Shown here: positions 17,317-27,127 of the stretch, one piece after another | How positions within the stretch are numbered: the stretch's first letter is position 1 | Layout of the letters: each line of letters begins with the position of its first letter | NCBI GenBank assembly: GCA_017992075.1 | Contig: JAGOPI010000001.1 | Location: forward strand, 3,358 to 67,357 | DNA from: Candidatus Babeliales bacterium | Lineage (GTDB): Bacteria; Babelota; Babeliae; Babelales; Chromulinivoraceae | DNA length: 64,000 nt | Reading direction: 5' to 3' | Made by a program: the position numbers and the translations under genes | The notes under the pieces: model-generated | Seen by the model: only the letters and a program-made list of their open reading frames with translations | What the model was told of the DNA's origin: nothing | Databases searched by the model: none

Positions 17317-17832
17317 ATGAATCGACAGCAAAAAGAAAAATTAGTGCAAGAATTAAACGTAAAATTCGATCAAAACGAAGCTTCATTTGTTGTGCATTGT
17401 CAGGGAATGACCGTTGCGCAATTGCATGAATTACGTCTTAATTTAGCAAAAAAAGATGGTGAGCTTAAGGTTGCAAAAAATCGTTTAATGAAGCTTGCAA
17501 TTGCAAATTTTTCTGAGTGTGCAAATCTTAATGCACAGATGAAGGGTCAAACTGCAGTTGTTTTTGCAAAAGCTGATTTTACAGGTGTTGCAAAAGTTTT
17601 ATACGATTTTGCGAAAAAAAATGAAGAATTGCAGATTATTGCAGGATGTTGCGAAGCTCAGCTTTTTGATAAAGCTGGTGTTGCAAAATTAGCAAAAATT
17701 CCGTCAAGAGAAGTATTGTTAGCACAATTGCTTGGTGTTTTAAATGCTCCAATTGTTCAATTTGCTTGTGTGATAAATCAAGTAAAAGAGCAACGATCAG
17801 GGGCTACTACAGCAGTACAAGCAGAACAGTAA
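17317..17832 (+). CDS. rplJ: 50S ribosomal protein L10
   Basis: 171 aa in the canonical position between rplA and rplL. L10-like N-terminus (K.E.V.EL...F......V.....G..V....ELR). Confidence 0.93.
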   Translation: MNRQQKEKLVQELNVKFDQNEASFVVHCQGMTVAQLHELRLNLAKKDGELKVAKNRLMKLAIANFSECANLNAQMKGQTAVVFAKADFTGVAKVLYDFAKKNEELQIIAGCCEAQLFDKAGVAKLAKIPSREVLLAQLLGVLNAPIVQFACVINQVKEQRSGATTAVQAEQ

Positions 17833-17872
17833 TTAAAGTTTAAGTATTTATTTAATTTTTTTGGAGACATCA

Positions 17873-18253
17873 ATGTCAAAAAATTTTGACTCAATCATCA
17901 GCTCTATCGAAACTATGACAGTTTTAGAGTTATCAGAATTAGTAAAAGCGTTAGAAGTAAAATTTGGTGTTTCAGCAGCATCAATGTCAGCTCCTTCTGC
18001 AGCAGTTGAATCAGAAGCAGCAGCTCCTGCACAAGAAAAATCAGAATTCAAAGTAGTTTTGAAAGAAACTGGTGCGGATAAAATTGCTGTGATCAAAGCT
18101 GTTCGTCAAATCGTTCCTACATTAGGACTTGGCGAAGCTAAAAAATTGGTAGAAAGTGCTCCGGCAACTGTTCTTGAAGCTGCATCAAAAGATGACGCTA
18201 AAAAAGCAAAAGAAGTAATTGAAGCTGCAGGCGCAAAAGTAGAATTAGCGTAA
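17873..18253 (+). CDS. rplL: 50S ribosomal protein L7/L12
   Basis: The Ala-rich hinge and C-terminal domain [22 protein letters not shown]...[17 protein letters not shown] are typical. The start is the ATG at 17873, preceded by GGAG; the track's upstream TTG was rejected. Confidence 0.95.
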   Translation: MSKNFDSIISSIETMTVLELSELVKALEVKFGVSAASMSAPSAAVESEAAAPAQEKSEFKVVLKETGADKIAVIKAVRQIVPTLGLGEAKKLVESAPATVLEAASKDDAKKAKEVIEAAGAKVELA

Positions 18254-18329
18254 GAAATTCTGTTTTTGGGTGTGGTGGTACGATTGATAGTGGCTGTTAC
18301 GTTGTGCGATTTTTGCAATAAGGAGGAGC

Positions 18330-21300
18330 ATGATATCTTGCTCGACTGTTGATAATTTTGTTTTACGAAAAACATTTCGAAAAAATAAATCACTTGTTCC
18401 GGTGCCAAATTTAATTGAGGTGCAATCAGAATCATTTAATGATTTTGTGCAACTTGATTTTTTGCCAGAAGAACGAAAAAATCTTGGTTTAGAAAAAGCT
18501 TTTCGAGATATTTTTCCTATTGAATGTGGTCCAAAAATTTCGCTTGACTATGTCAGTTATGAATTAGGGACATGGGCTTGTTCGTGTGGAAGTTTAACAG
18601 GGATAACAAATCGTTATACCTGGAAAGATTCTACAACTGGGAAAATGGGTTGTTCGCGTTTAGATGGTAGTTCAAAAACAAAGCGTTATATTGTGTGTCA
18701 AACATGCCATTCGCGTGTTGTGCTTAGTATTCCGTTTTCTGTTCAGGATTGCCGTGATAGTGAAAAAACATTTGCATTTACATTAAAAGTCAAAGTGCAA
18801 TTGATTACCTGGGATATTGACGAACAGGGAAATAAATCAATTCATGACATTAAAGAACAGGATGTATATTTTGCAGATGTTCCGGTCATGGTTGATTCTT
18901 ATGAGCGTAAAGGTCAATACCGTCTTGGTAGTCATGGTACCTTTATTATCAATGGTGTTGATCGCGTTGTTGTAAGCCAGTTGCATAAATCATCTGGTGT
19001 TGTCTTTTCAAAAAGTAAAAAGACAAAAGACTTACGTGGTCGACCGTACTTTTTTGCACGAATTATTCCAATGCGAGGATCTTGGTTAGATTTTGAATTT
19101 GATACCAATGATTGTTTGTATGTTCGTATTGATAAAAAAAAGAAAGTTTTGGTTTCAACCTTTTTACAAGCATTAGGATTTGCTCGTGAAGAGATTTTGC
19201 CAAAATTTTACGACGCAGACATTATTTTTACTGATAGCATTTCGTTTTATAAAAAATTGGATGAATCAGTTCTTGATATTCAAATTGTAAAAGATATGTT
19301 GCCTTCTGGAATCGAAGATGATTTTATTGGTAACAAGATTACTCAAGAAACATTGGATGCATTAAAAAAACTATCAATTGATCGTTTAATTATTCCAAAT
19401 TCTTTACTTTTAAATAAAACTGCGCGTGTTGATATCGTTGACTCTGCAACTGGAGAAATTTTGGTTGAACAGGGTGCAATACTTAGCGACGAAATTTTAT
19501 TTGAATTATTAAAACATAAAAATTTAACGATTGATGTGATTAATTCACACGGTCATTCATTTTTACCAACAATTGCGATTAGTTTATCGCATGATACGTG
19601 CAAATCTCGTGAAGATGCATTGCATGAAATTCATGCAAAAGTTTGGCCGGGAGATGTTCCTTCGATTGCAGAAGTTAAAGAACGTCTTGATCGTCAATTC
19701 TTTTCAGGAAGTTACTATGATTTAGCGCAAGTTGGTCGTGTACGAATGAATTCAAAATTGGGATTATCTATTTCAAAAGATGTCACTGTTTTGACGATGG
19801 AAGATATTTTTGCAACAATTCAATATTTGATTGATTTACGTGAGCGTGGTCTTGGTGAACTTGATGATATTGATCACTTGGGCAATCGTCGTGTTCGTCT
19901 TGTGGGTGAATTGTTGGGTAATCAAGTTTATGCAGCATTATCTCGTATTGAGCGAATTGCAAAAGAACGTTTTAGAATGCAAGAAGCTCATAATGCTTTA
20001 ATGCCGCAAGATTTTTTAAATATTAAACCGTTAAGTGCAGTGCTTCGTGAATTCTTTGGTTCAAGTCAATTGTCACAATTTATGGATCAGACAAATCCAT
20101 TAGCAGAGTTAGCACATAAACGTCGTCTTTCAGCCCTCGGGCCCGGCGGTGTTATGAAAGATCGCGCAACGTATGAAGTTCGCGATGTTCATAACTCTCA
20201 CTATGGAAGAATTTGTCCGATTGAAACACCTGAGGGTCAAACAATTGGTCTTATTTCATCTTTGGCAACGTATGCAATGGTTAATGAACTTGGTTTCATT
20301 GAATCTTCATATCGTTTAGTTAAAAATGGCAAAATTCAAGATGATGTTGTGTTCCTTGATGCATTTGAAGAATCAGCATTGTACATTGCACAAGCTGATG
20401 CTGCAGATGCTACTGGTAAACATTTGATTGATGGAAAAGTTATTGCACGTCATGGTGGTAACTTTATGGTTGTCGATCCAAAACAAATTAATGCAATCGA
20501 TTTGTCGCCACAACAGTTAGTATCTGTTGCTGCAGCATTGATTCCGTTTGTTGAGCATGATGATGCCAGCCGTGCATTGATGGGTGCAAACATGCAACGT
20601 CAAGCGGTACCATTAATCAAACCACAAACGCCAATTGTTGGAACAGGAATGGAGTCAGAAGTGGCTCGTTCTTCTGGTGCTGCAATTATTGCAGAACGTT
20701 CTGGTGTTGTGCGTTATGTTTCAAGTGATGAAATTGTGATTGCATCTGATGAATATGAATTTGTCGATGAAGAATCATGGGTTGATAAAAGTGTTCAGTC
20801 ATATCGATTGAAAAAATTTCATCGTTCAAGTTATAGCACTTGGATTCATCAACGTCCTATCGTTGCTGTTGGCGATAAAATTTGCAAAGGTGATTATTTA
20901 ACGGATGGTACAGCATTAACAAATGGTGAACTTGCACTTGGTGTAAACCTTACTGTTGCGTTTATGCCATGGCGTGGATATAACTTTGAAGATGCTATTG
21001 CGCTCAGCCAACGTTTAGTTTCTGATGATGTTTTAACATCAGTTTCAATTGATGAATTTACCGTTGAAGCTCGTGATACAAAGCTTGGACCTGAAGAAAT
21101 TACAAAAGATATTCCAAACGTAAGCGAAAAAGCTTTATCTCAGCTTGATGAATATGGAATTGTAAACATCGGTTCTCGTGTTGTTCCGGGTGATATTTTA
21201 GTTGGAAAAGTTACTTTAAAGGGTGATGTACAATATTCTCCTGAAGAAAAATTGCTTCGTGCAATTTTTGGAGAAAAATCGCGTGAAGTACGTGATACTT

Positions 21301-22637
21301 CGTTGCGGGTACCGCCTGGAATTGAAGGAACTGTTTGTGATATTAAAATTTTTTCTCGCGGTGGTGCTCGAAAAGATAAACGTTACAAAGAAGATGCAAC
21401 TGTTAAAGTTGAAAAACTTGAGCGTAGTTTGAGTAAACAAATTACAGCCTTAGCAAAATCAGTAACGTTAAAAATAGCTGATCTTTTACATGATCAAAAA
21501 CCTGTTGGTAAAGTTTCAAAAGATTATTTATCTGATGATGCTTTTGATCGTGCAAAAATTGTAAAAGCTTCTGTTGAAACATTGTTTACTTTCAAATGTA
21601 AAGATGTTGCAAAGATGGAAGTTTTTGAAAAAATTAAATCAGCATTTGAAACGAAATTAACCATACTAAGAAGTATGGCAGAAGAAAAAATTGCGTTTTA
21701 CAAAAAAGGTGATGATTTACCTTCTGGTGTTATTAAAGTTGTCAAAATATACATTGCGTCAAAACGACCAATTTCAGTTGGTGACAAAATGGCTGGACGA
21801 CATGGTAACAAAGGGATTGTGTCAATCATTTTACCTCGTGAAGATATGCCGTATATGGACAATGGTCAATCTGTTGACATTGTGTTAAATCCTCTCGGTG
21901 TTCCTTCTCGTATGAACGTTGGACAAATTTTGGAAACCGTTCTTGGATTTGCTGGTAAAAAAATGGGTGCAGATCTTCAAGCGCTTGTTGAACAAAATGC
22001 GTATGATGCAGTAAAAAAATCGCTTGATACTATTTATGGTTCAGAAGTGATTCAAGAAGTGATTGCTGCTCATGGAAAAAATGGTCTTGTTGATTTTGCT
22101 CGCAGAATTAGCAAAGAAGGTGTTCATTTTGAAACACCAATTTTCCAAGGTGCGAATTTTGAAACAGAAATTCAACCGCTTTTGGCAGAATATGGATTGT
22201 CACTTGGTGGTACGTATAATATTCGAGATGGTAGAACTGGTGTTTATTTTGATCAACCAGTAACAGTTGGTTCAATTTATATGATGAAATTGAATCACAT
22301 GGTTGAAGATAAATTACACGCACGTTCTGTTGGGCCATACTCGCTTATTACGCAACAACCTCTTGGTGGTAAAGCGAATTTTGGTGGTCAAAGATTTGGT
22401 GAAATGGAAGTATGGGCACTTGAAGCTTATGGTGCTGCATATACACTTCAAGAATTATTGACGTATAAATCTGATGATGTTATTGGACGTCATAAAGTGT
22501 ACGAAACTATTATTCGTGGTAATGAAATTCCAGATCCAGGAATTCCAGAATCGTTTAACGTTTTGGTAAAAGAACTTCAAAGTTTAGGTTTACAAGTAGA
22601 TCTATTTAAAGCTGGAAGGGAGGAATTAGGTGGTTAA
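18330..22637 (+). CDS. rpoB: DNA-directed RNA polymerase beta subunit (with lineage-specific Cys-rich N-terminal insertion)
   Basis: 1435 aa with AGGAGG upstream. Conserved blocks include GTFIINGVDRVVVSQLH, RGSWLDFEFD, HKRRLSALGPGG, NMQRQAVP and GRHGNKG. Confidence 0.98.
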   Translation: MISCSTVDNFVLRKTFRKNKSLVPVPNLIEVQSESFNDFVQLDFLPEERKNLGLEKAFRDIFPIECGPKISLDYVSYELGTWACSCGSLTGITNRYTWKDSTTGKMGCSRLDGSSKTKRYIVCQTCHSRVVLSIPFSVQDCRDSEKTFAFTLKVKVQLITWDIDEQGNKSIHDIKEQDVYFADVPVMVDSYERKGQYRLGSHGTFIINGVDRVVVSQLHKSSGVVFSKSKKTKDLRGRPYFFARIIPMRGSWLDFEFDTNDCLYVRIDKKKKVLVSTFLQALGFAREEILPKFYDADIIFTDSISFYKKLDESVLDIQIVKDMLPSGIEDDFIGNKITQETLDALKKLSIDRLIIPNSLLLNKTARVDIVDSATGEILVEQGAILSDEILFELLKHKNLTIDVINSHGHSFLPTIAISLSHDTCKSREDALHEIHAKVWPGDVPSIAEVKERLDRQFFSGSYYDLAQVGRVRMNSKLGLSISKDVTVLTMEDIFATIQYLIDLRERGLGELDDIDHLGNRRVRLVGELLGNQVYAALSRIERIAKERFRMQEAHNALMPQDFLNIKPLSAVLREFFGSSQLSQFMDQTNPLAELAHKRRLSALGPGGVMKDRATYEVRDVHNSHYGRICPIETPEGQTIGLISSLATYAMVNELGFIESSYRLVKNGKIQDDVVFLDAFEESALYIAQADAADATGKHLIDGKVIARHGGNFMVVDPKQINAIDLSPQQLVSVAAALIPFVEHDDASRALMGANMQRQAVPLIKPQTPIVGTGMESEVARSSGAAIIAERSGVVRYVSSDEIVIASDEYEFVDEESWVDKSVQSYRLKKFHRSSYSTWIHQRPIVAVGDKICKGDYLTDGTALTNGELALGVNLTVAFMPWRGYNFEDAIALSQRLVSDDVLTSVSIDEFTVEARDTKLGPEEITKDIPNVSEKALSQLDEYGIVNIGSRVVPGDILVGKVTLKGDVQYSPEEKLLRAIFGEKSREVRDTSLRVPPGIEGTVCDIKIFSRGGARKDKRYKEDATVKVEKLERSLSKQITALAKSVTLKIADLLHDQKPVGKVSKDYLSDDAFDRAKIVKASVETLFTFKCKDVAKMEVFEKIKSAFETKLTILRSMAEEKIAFYKKGDDLPSGVIKVVKIYIASKRPISVGDKMAGRHGNKGIVSIILPREDMPYMDNGQSVDIVLNPLGVPSRMNVGQILETVLGFAGKKMGADLQALVEQNAYDAVKKSLDTIYGSEVIQEVIAAHGKNGLVDFARRISKEGVHFETPIFQGANFETEIQPLLAEYGLSLGGTYNIRDGRTGVYFDQPVTVGSIYMMKLNHMVEDKLHARSVGPYSLITQQPLGGKANFGGQRFGEMEVWALEAYGAAYTLQELLTYKSDDVIGRHKVYETIIRGNEIPDPGIPESFNVLVKELQSLGLQVDLFKAGREELGG

Positions 22638-25600
22638 TCAAATACTTCAGAGATTTAGAGAATATATTCAGCCAGCGCAATTTAATGCTATTAAATTACG
22701 TCTTGCATCTTCAGATAAAATTCATGCTTTGTCATATGGTGAAGTTAAAAAAATTGAAACCATTAACTACAGAACATTAAAACCAGAAAAAGATGGTTTG
22801 TTTTGTGCAAGAATTTTTGGTCCTGTAAAAGATTGGGAATGTAACTGCGGTAAATACAAGCGTATGAAGCACCGTGGTGTAACTTGTGAAAAATGTGGCG
22901 TTGAGGTAATTCAAGCACGTGTTCGTCGTGAAAGAATGGGACACATTCAGCTTGTTTCACCGGTTTGTCATATTTGGTATTTAAAAGGTACTCCAAGTTA
23001 TTTAAGTTTCATTTTAGATCTTTCAGTCAAAGATTTAGAGCGTGTTATTTATTTTGATTCGTACATGGTGATTCACCAAGGTAATTCACCATTTCCACGA
23101 AAAACTCTCATTTCAGCAAATGATTATGATGAGTACACAATAAATCATGCAGATGATTTTGAATTTAAAGCTGATAGTGGTGCGCAAGCGATTAAAGAAG
23201 TTTTACAGTTACTTGATTTGACGGCAGAAATTACGTACATGCAAGATTTGTATAGTCAATCAACATCAGTAGCTGCAAAACATAAAATGATGCGTCGTAT
23301 CAAAATTTTGTCAGCTTTGAAAAGTGCAGGTCTTCGTCCTGAATGGATGGTGATGGATGTGCTTCCGGTGTTGCCACCAGATTTACGTCCGTTAGTTCCA
23401 ATTGAGGGTGGACGTTTTGCAAGTTCAGATTTAAATGAACTCTATCGTCGCGTTTTAAACAGAAACGTACGTTTGCAAAGGTTACTTGAAATTGAAGCGC
23501 CTGATGTCATCATTAAAAATGAAAAAAGAATGCTTCAAGAATCTGTTGATTCATTGATTGACAATGGTCGTCGTGGTCAACCGGTTCGTGGTTCAAATAA
23601 GCGCCCATTAAAATCGCTGAGCGAAATGCTTCGTGGTAAACAAGGTCGTTTCCGTCAAAACTTACTTGGTAAACGTGTTGATTATTCAGCTCGTTCGGTG
23701 ATCGTTGTTGATCCTGAATTGAAAATGAATCAGTGTGGACTTCCAAAAGTTATGGCGCTTGAGCTTTTCAAATCTCACGTGTATGCAGAACTATTGCGTT
23801 GTAATATTGCATCAAACTTGCGTATTGCAAAAAAAATGGTTGAAGAAGCAACAACGGATGTTTGGGATGCTTTAGATCGAGTGGTAAAAGGCAAAGTGGT
23901 ACTTTTAAATCGCGCACCAACATTGCACCGTTTAGGTATTCAAGCGTTTTATCCAATTCTTGTAAGTGGTAAAGCGATTAAAATTCATCCACTCGTTTGT
24001 GCTGCGTTTAACGCGGACTTTGATGGTGATACTATGTCGGTTCACTTGCCATTAAGCTGCAAAGCCCAAAAAGAATCTGAACGTTTAGTGCTTGCAACAA
24101 AAAACTTGCTTGCACCTTCAAACGGTAATCCGATTTCACTTCCGTCACAGGAAATGATTATTGGTCTTCATTACATGACAAAAATGCGTAAATTTGCTCG
24201 TGGTAACAATACTATTTTTTCAAATGAAAAAGAAGTTATTGCTGCGTACGAAGCAGGTGCAATTGATTTGCATGCAATCATTAAACTTCGTGTAAAAACA
24301 GGTGAATTGGTTGATACAACAGTTGGTCGTGCATTATTGTATGATGTGATGCCGGATGGCGCAGATTTTTCATATCTAAATAAATTACTTCGTAAAAGTG
24401 ATGTTGCAAAAGTTGTTGAGCATGTGTATTTCAAATCAGGTGCTGAACGTACGGTGCAATTTTTAGAAAAAATTAAAGAACTTGGTTTTAAATATGCAAC
24501 TCTTGGTGGTATTTCTTTCCCAATGGAAGGACTTATTGAACCAAAAAGCAAAAAACTTTCAATCGTAGATGCTGAAAAGAAAATTGCAAAAATTGAAAAC
24601 TCGTTTGTCAGTGGTGCAATCACCAATGGTGAACGTGAAAATAAAGTTGTAAGTATTTGGCAGCATACAAGTTCTGCAATTGCTCGTGAAATGTATCAAC
24701 AATTTGAAGAATATGATCATCAAGCATTTGAAAATGCGGACAAATCATTTAAATGGTTTAACCCTATTTTTATGTCAATTGATTCAGGAGCTCGTGGTAC
24801 TCGCGAACAGATCAAACAGCTTGTTGCGATGAGAGGTTTGATGTCAAAACCATCGGGTGAAGTTATTGAAACTCCGGTTAAAAGTAACTTTAAAAACGGT
24901 TTAAACGTGTTTGAGTATTTCATTTCAACACACGGTGCTCGTAAAGGTCAAGCCGATACAGCGTTAAAAACTGCAAATTCTGGTTATTTAACACGTCGTT
25001 TAGTTGATGTTGCTCAAGATGTTGTTGTGACTATGGATGATTGTGGAACATTGGGACATTTCTTTTTACAAGATTTGAAAGAATCAGGTAAAATTATTGC
25101 TCCACTCTTGAAACGATTGTATGGTCGTGTGCTTGTTGCAGACTTAAAAGATGGTTTAACTGGTGAAGTTTTACTTAAACGTGGTCAATTGATCACTCGA
25201 GTTGAACTTGCGTCAATTAAAGATGCATATATTACACAAGCTTTAGTTCGCTCAGTTTTATCATGCCAAGCAAAACGTGGTGTTTGTGCGCAATGTTATG
25301 GTATGGATTTAGCAACGGGTAATTTGGTTGAAAATGGTGTTGCGATTGGTGTTATTGCTGCGCAATCTATTGGTGAACCAGGAACTCAGTTGACGATGAG
25401 AACCTTCCACATCGGGGGTACTGCAAGTCTTGCTGAACAAACTTCATACGTATCAAAAGCTGCAGGTCGTGTTGAATTTTTTGATATTCGTACGGTAACT
25501 GATCGTGAAGGTAAAGATATTGCAGTAAGCCGAAAAGGTTATTTGCGAATCTTTTCTGACAATGGTCGCGAACTTCAAGAGATCCAAGTTCCATACGGTG

Positions 25601-26682
25601 CAACAATCTTGGTTAAACCAGGACAACAAGTTGCAATGGAAACTGAACTTGCAACAATTGATCCACACAATGATGTTATCATCAGTGAAAAAGCTGGTAA
25701 CGTAGAGTTTATTGATTTGATCAATAACATTACAAGCCAAGAAAAATATGATGATGTTGCACAAAAAACATTCCGTTACATTTTAGAATATAAATCTGAT
25801 AAATATCAGCCAGCGCTTGCAATTAACAGCAGTGCTGATGATCGTATTCAATATTATTTACCACATGGTTCATACTTATTGGTTACCGATAAACAAGTGG
25901 TACAAGTTGGTGATATTTTAGTTAAAATTCCAAAAGAAGTTTCAAAAACTCGTGATATTACTGGTGGTTTGCCACGCGTATCAGAAATTTTTGAAGCTCG
26001 AATTACTAAAGATGCAGCAATTATTGCAGATATTGATGGTGAGGTGGTATTTGGTGGTCTTCATCGTGGACATCGCAAAGTAAGCGTTATTGCTGGTGAA
26101 AATTCATTTAATTATCTTGTGCCTCGTGATCGTCAATTAATTGTTGCTGATGGCGAACGCGTTAAAGCTGGAGACCTTTTAACAAATGGTGTTCCTGTTC
26201 TGCAAGATGTGCTTCGAATTATGGGAATTGATGTTTTACAAACGTATATTGTAAATCAAATTCAAGAGATTTACCGTTTACAAGGCGTTGATATTGATGA
26301 TCGTCATATTGAGGTTATTGCAAAACAGATGCTTCGAAAAGTTCGCGTTGTCTCTCCAGGTGATTCTGATTTCTTGATTGGTGATCTTGTTGATAAAGTT
26401 CACTTTAAAGCAGTTAATTCTGCATTGAAATTAGAAGGTAAATCTGCGGCAGTAGCACGTCCAGTGCTTATGGGAATTACGATGGCTTCATTGGGTACAG
26501 AAAGTGTATTCTCTGCAGCATCATTCCAAGAAACAACTCGAATTCTTGCTGAAGCTGCAGTGTCAGGTATGGTTGATAATTTATATGGCTTGAAAGAAAA
26601 TATCATAGTCGGTAAATTAATTCCAGCTGGTACAGGCGTGCTTTCATTTAGAGAAAAGCATTTGGGAGAAATTTGTAAATGA
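22630..26682 (+). CDS. rpoC: DNA-directed RNA polymerase beta-prime subunit
   Basis: 1350 aa with zinc motif CNCGKYKRMKHRGVTCEKCGVEV and catalytic NADFDGD. A GTG start overlaps the rpoB stop by 8 nt. It ends with TGA. Confidence 0.98.
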   Translation: MVNQILQRFREYIQPAQFNAIKLRLASSDKIHALSYGEVKKIETINYRTLKPEKDGLFCARIFGPVKDWECNCGKYKRMKHRGVTCEKCGVEVIQARVRRERMGHIQLVSPVCHIWYLKGTPSYLSFILDLSVKDLERVIYFDSYMVIHQGNSPFPRKTLISANDYDEYTINHADDFEFKADSGAQAIKEVLQLLDLTAEITYMQDLYSQSTSVAAKHKMMRRIKILSALKSAGLRPEWMVMDVLPVLPPDLRPLVPIEGGRFASSDLNELYRRVLNRNVRLQRLLEIEAPDVIIKNEKRMLQESVDSLIDNGRRGQPVRGSNKRPLKSLSEMLRGKQGRFRQNLLGKRVDYSARSVIVVDPELKMNQCGLPKVMALELFKSHVYAELLRCNIASNLRIAKKMVEEATTDVWDALDRVVKGKVVLLNRAPTLHRLGIQAFYPILVSGKAIKIHPLVCAAFNADFDGDTMSVHLPLSCKAQKESERLVLATKNLLAPSNGNPISLPSQEMIIGLHYMTKMRKFARGNNTIFSNEKEVIAAYEAGAIDLHAIIKLRVKTGELVDTTVGRALLYDVMPDGADFSYLNKLLRKSDVAKVVEHVYFKSGAERTVQFLEKIKELGFKYATLGGISFPMEGLIEPKSKKLSIVDAEKKIAKIENSFVSGAITNGERENKVVSIWQHTSSAIAREMYQQFEEYDHQAFENADKSFKWFNPIFMSIDSGARGTREQIKQLVAMRGLMSKPSGEVIETPVKSNFKNGLNVFEYFISTHGARKGQADTALKTANSGYLTRRLVDVAQDVVVTMDDCGTLGHFFLQDLKESGKIIAPLLKRLYGRVLVADLKDGLTGEVLLKRGQLITRVELASIKDAYITQALVRSVLSCQAKRGVCAQCYGMDLATGNLVENGVAIGVIAAQSIGEPGTQLTMRTFHIGGTASLAEQTSYVSKAAGRVEFFDIRTVTDREGKDIAVSRKGYLRIFSDNGRELQEIQVPYGATILVKPGQQVAMETELATIDPHNDVIISEKAGNVEFIDLINNITSQEKYDDVAQKTFRYILEYKSDKYQPALAINSSADDRIQYYLPHGSYLLVTDKQVVQVGDILVKIPKEVSKTRDITGGLPRVSEIFEARITKDAAIIADIDGEVVFGGLHRGHRKVSVIAGENSFNYLVPRDRQLIVADGERVKAGDLLTNGVPVLQDVLRIMGIDVLQTYIVNQIQEIYRLQGVDIDDRHIEVIAKQMLRKVRVVSPGDSDFLIGDLVDKVHFKAVNSALKLEGKSAAVARPVLMGITMASLGTESVFSAASFQETTRILAEAAVSGMVDNLYGLKENIIVGKLIPAGTGVLSFREKHLGEICK

Positions 26683-26693
26683 AAAAATATGGC

Positions 26694-26768
26694 AGGCGCG
26701 TAGCTCAGTGGTAGAGCACTGCTTTGACGTAGCAGGGGTCAGCGGTTCAATCCCGCTCGCGCCTACCA
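26694..26768 (+). tRNA. tRNA-Val (anticodon GAC), CCA encoded
   Basis: Acceptor aggcgcg/cgcgcct, anticodon stem ctgct/agcag with loop ttGACgt, T-arm agcgg-ttcaatc-ccgct. Confidence 0.9.
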
Positions 26769-26834
26769 AAAAGTTTCAGTACAAAGTTGAAAATATAGTA
26801 TTTTTTTAAAATTTATTGTGGATATAAGGTTTAT

Positions 26835-27101
26835 ATGATCACAAAAGCAGAAAAAGCAAAACTTATAGCAGAATTCGGTTCAGATCCAAAAAATACAGGA
26901 TCAACTGCAGTTCAAATTGCACTTTTAACAACGCGTATTGATGGTTTGCAAAAACATATGGGAATCAATAAAAAAGATTTCAGCACACAACGTGGTTTAA
27001 TGCAACTTGTTAGCACTCGTAAACAATTATTAATTTATTTACAAAAAACAAGCGAAGCTGAATATAAAGATGTTATTAAACGTCTTGGTATCAGAAAATA
27101 A
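26835..27101 (+). CDS. rpsO: 30S ribosomal protein S15
   Basis: 88 aa with FGSDPKNTGSTAVQIALLTTRI..L..H and RGLMQLVSTRKQLLIYL. It sits upstream of pnp, as is usual. Confidence 0.96.
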   Translation: MITKAEKAKLIAEFGSDPKNTGSTAVQIALLTTRIDGLQKHMGINKKDFSTQRGLMQLVSTRKQLLIYLQKTSEAEYKDVIKRLGIRK

Positions 27102-27127
27102 TTCGAAAATAGAGAAAGACTTTTAGT

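Noticed and set aside
24171-24626. 151-aa antisense ORF inside rpoC. The same applies to many 60-130 aa antisense or out-of-frame ORFs inside rpoB, rpoC, fusA, tuf, pnp, rplA, rplL and uvrD.
   Set aside because: They overlap strongly conserved genes on the other strand or frame. They have no start-site signals and compositionally odd translations.
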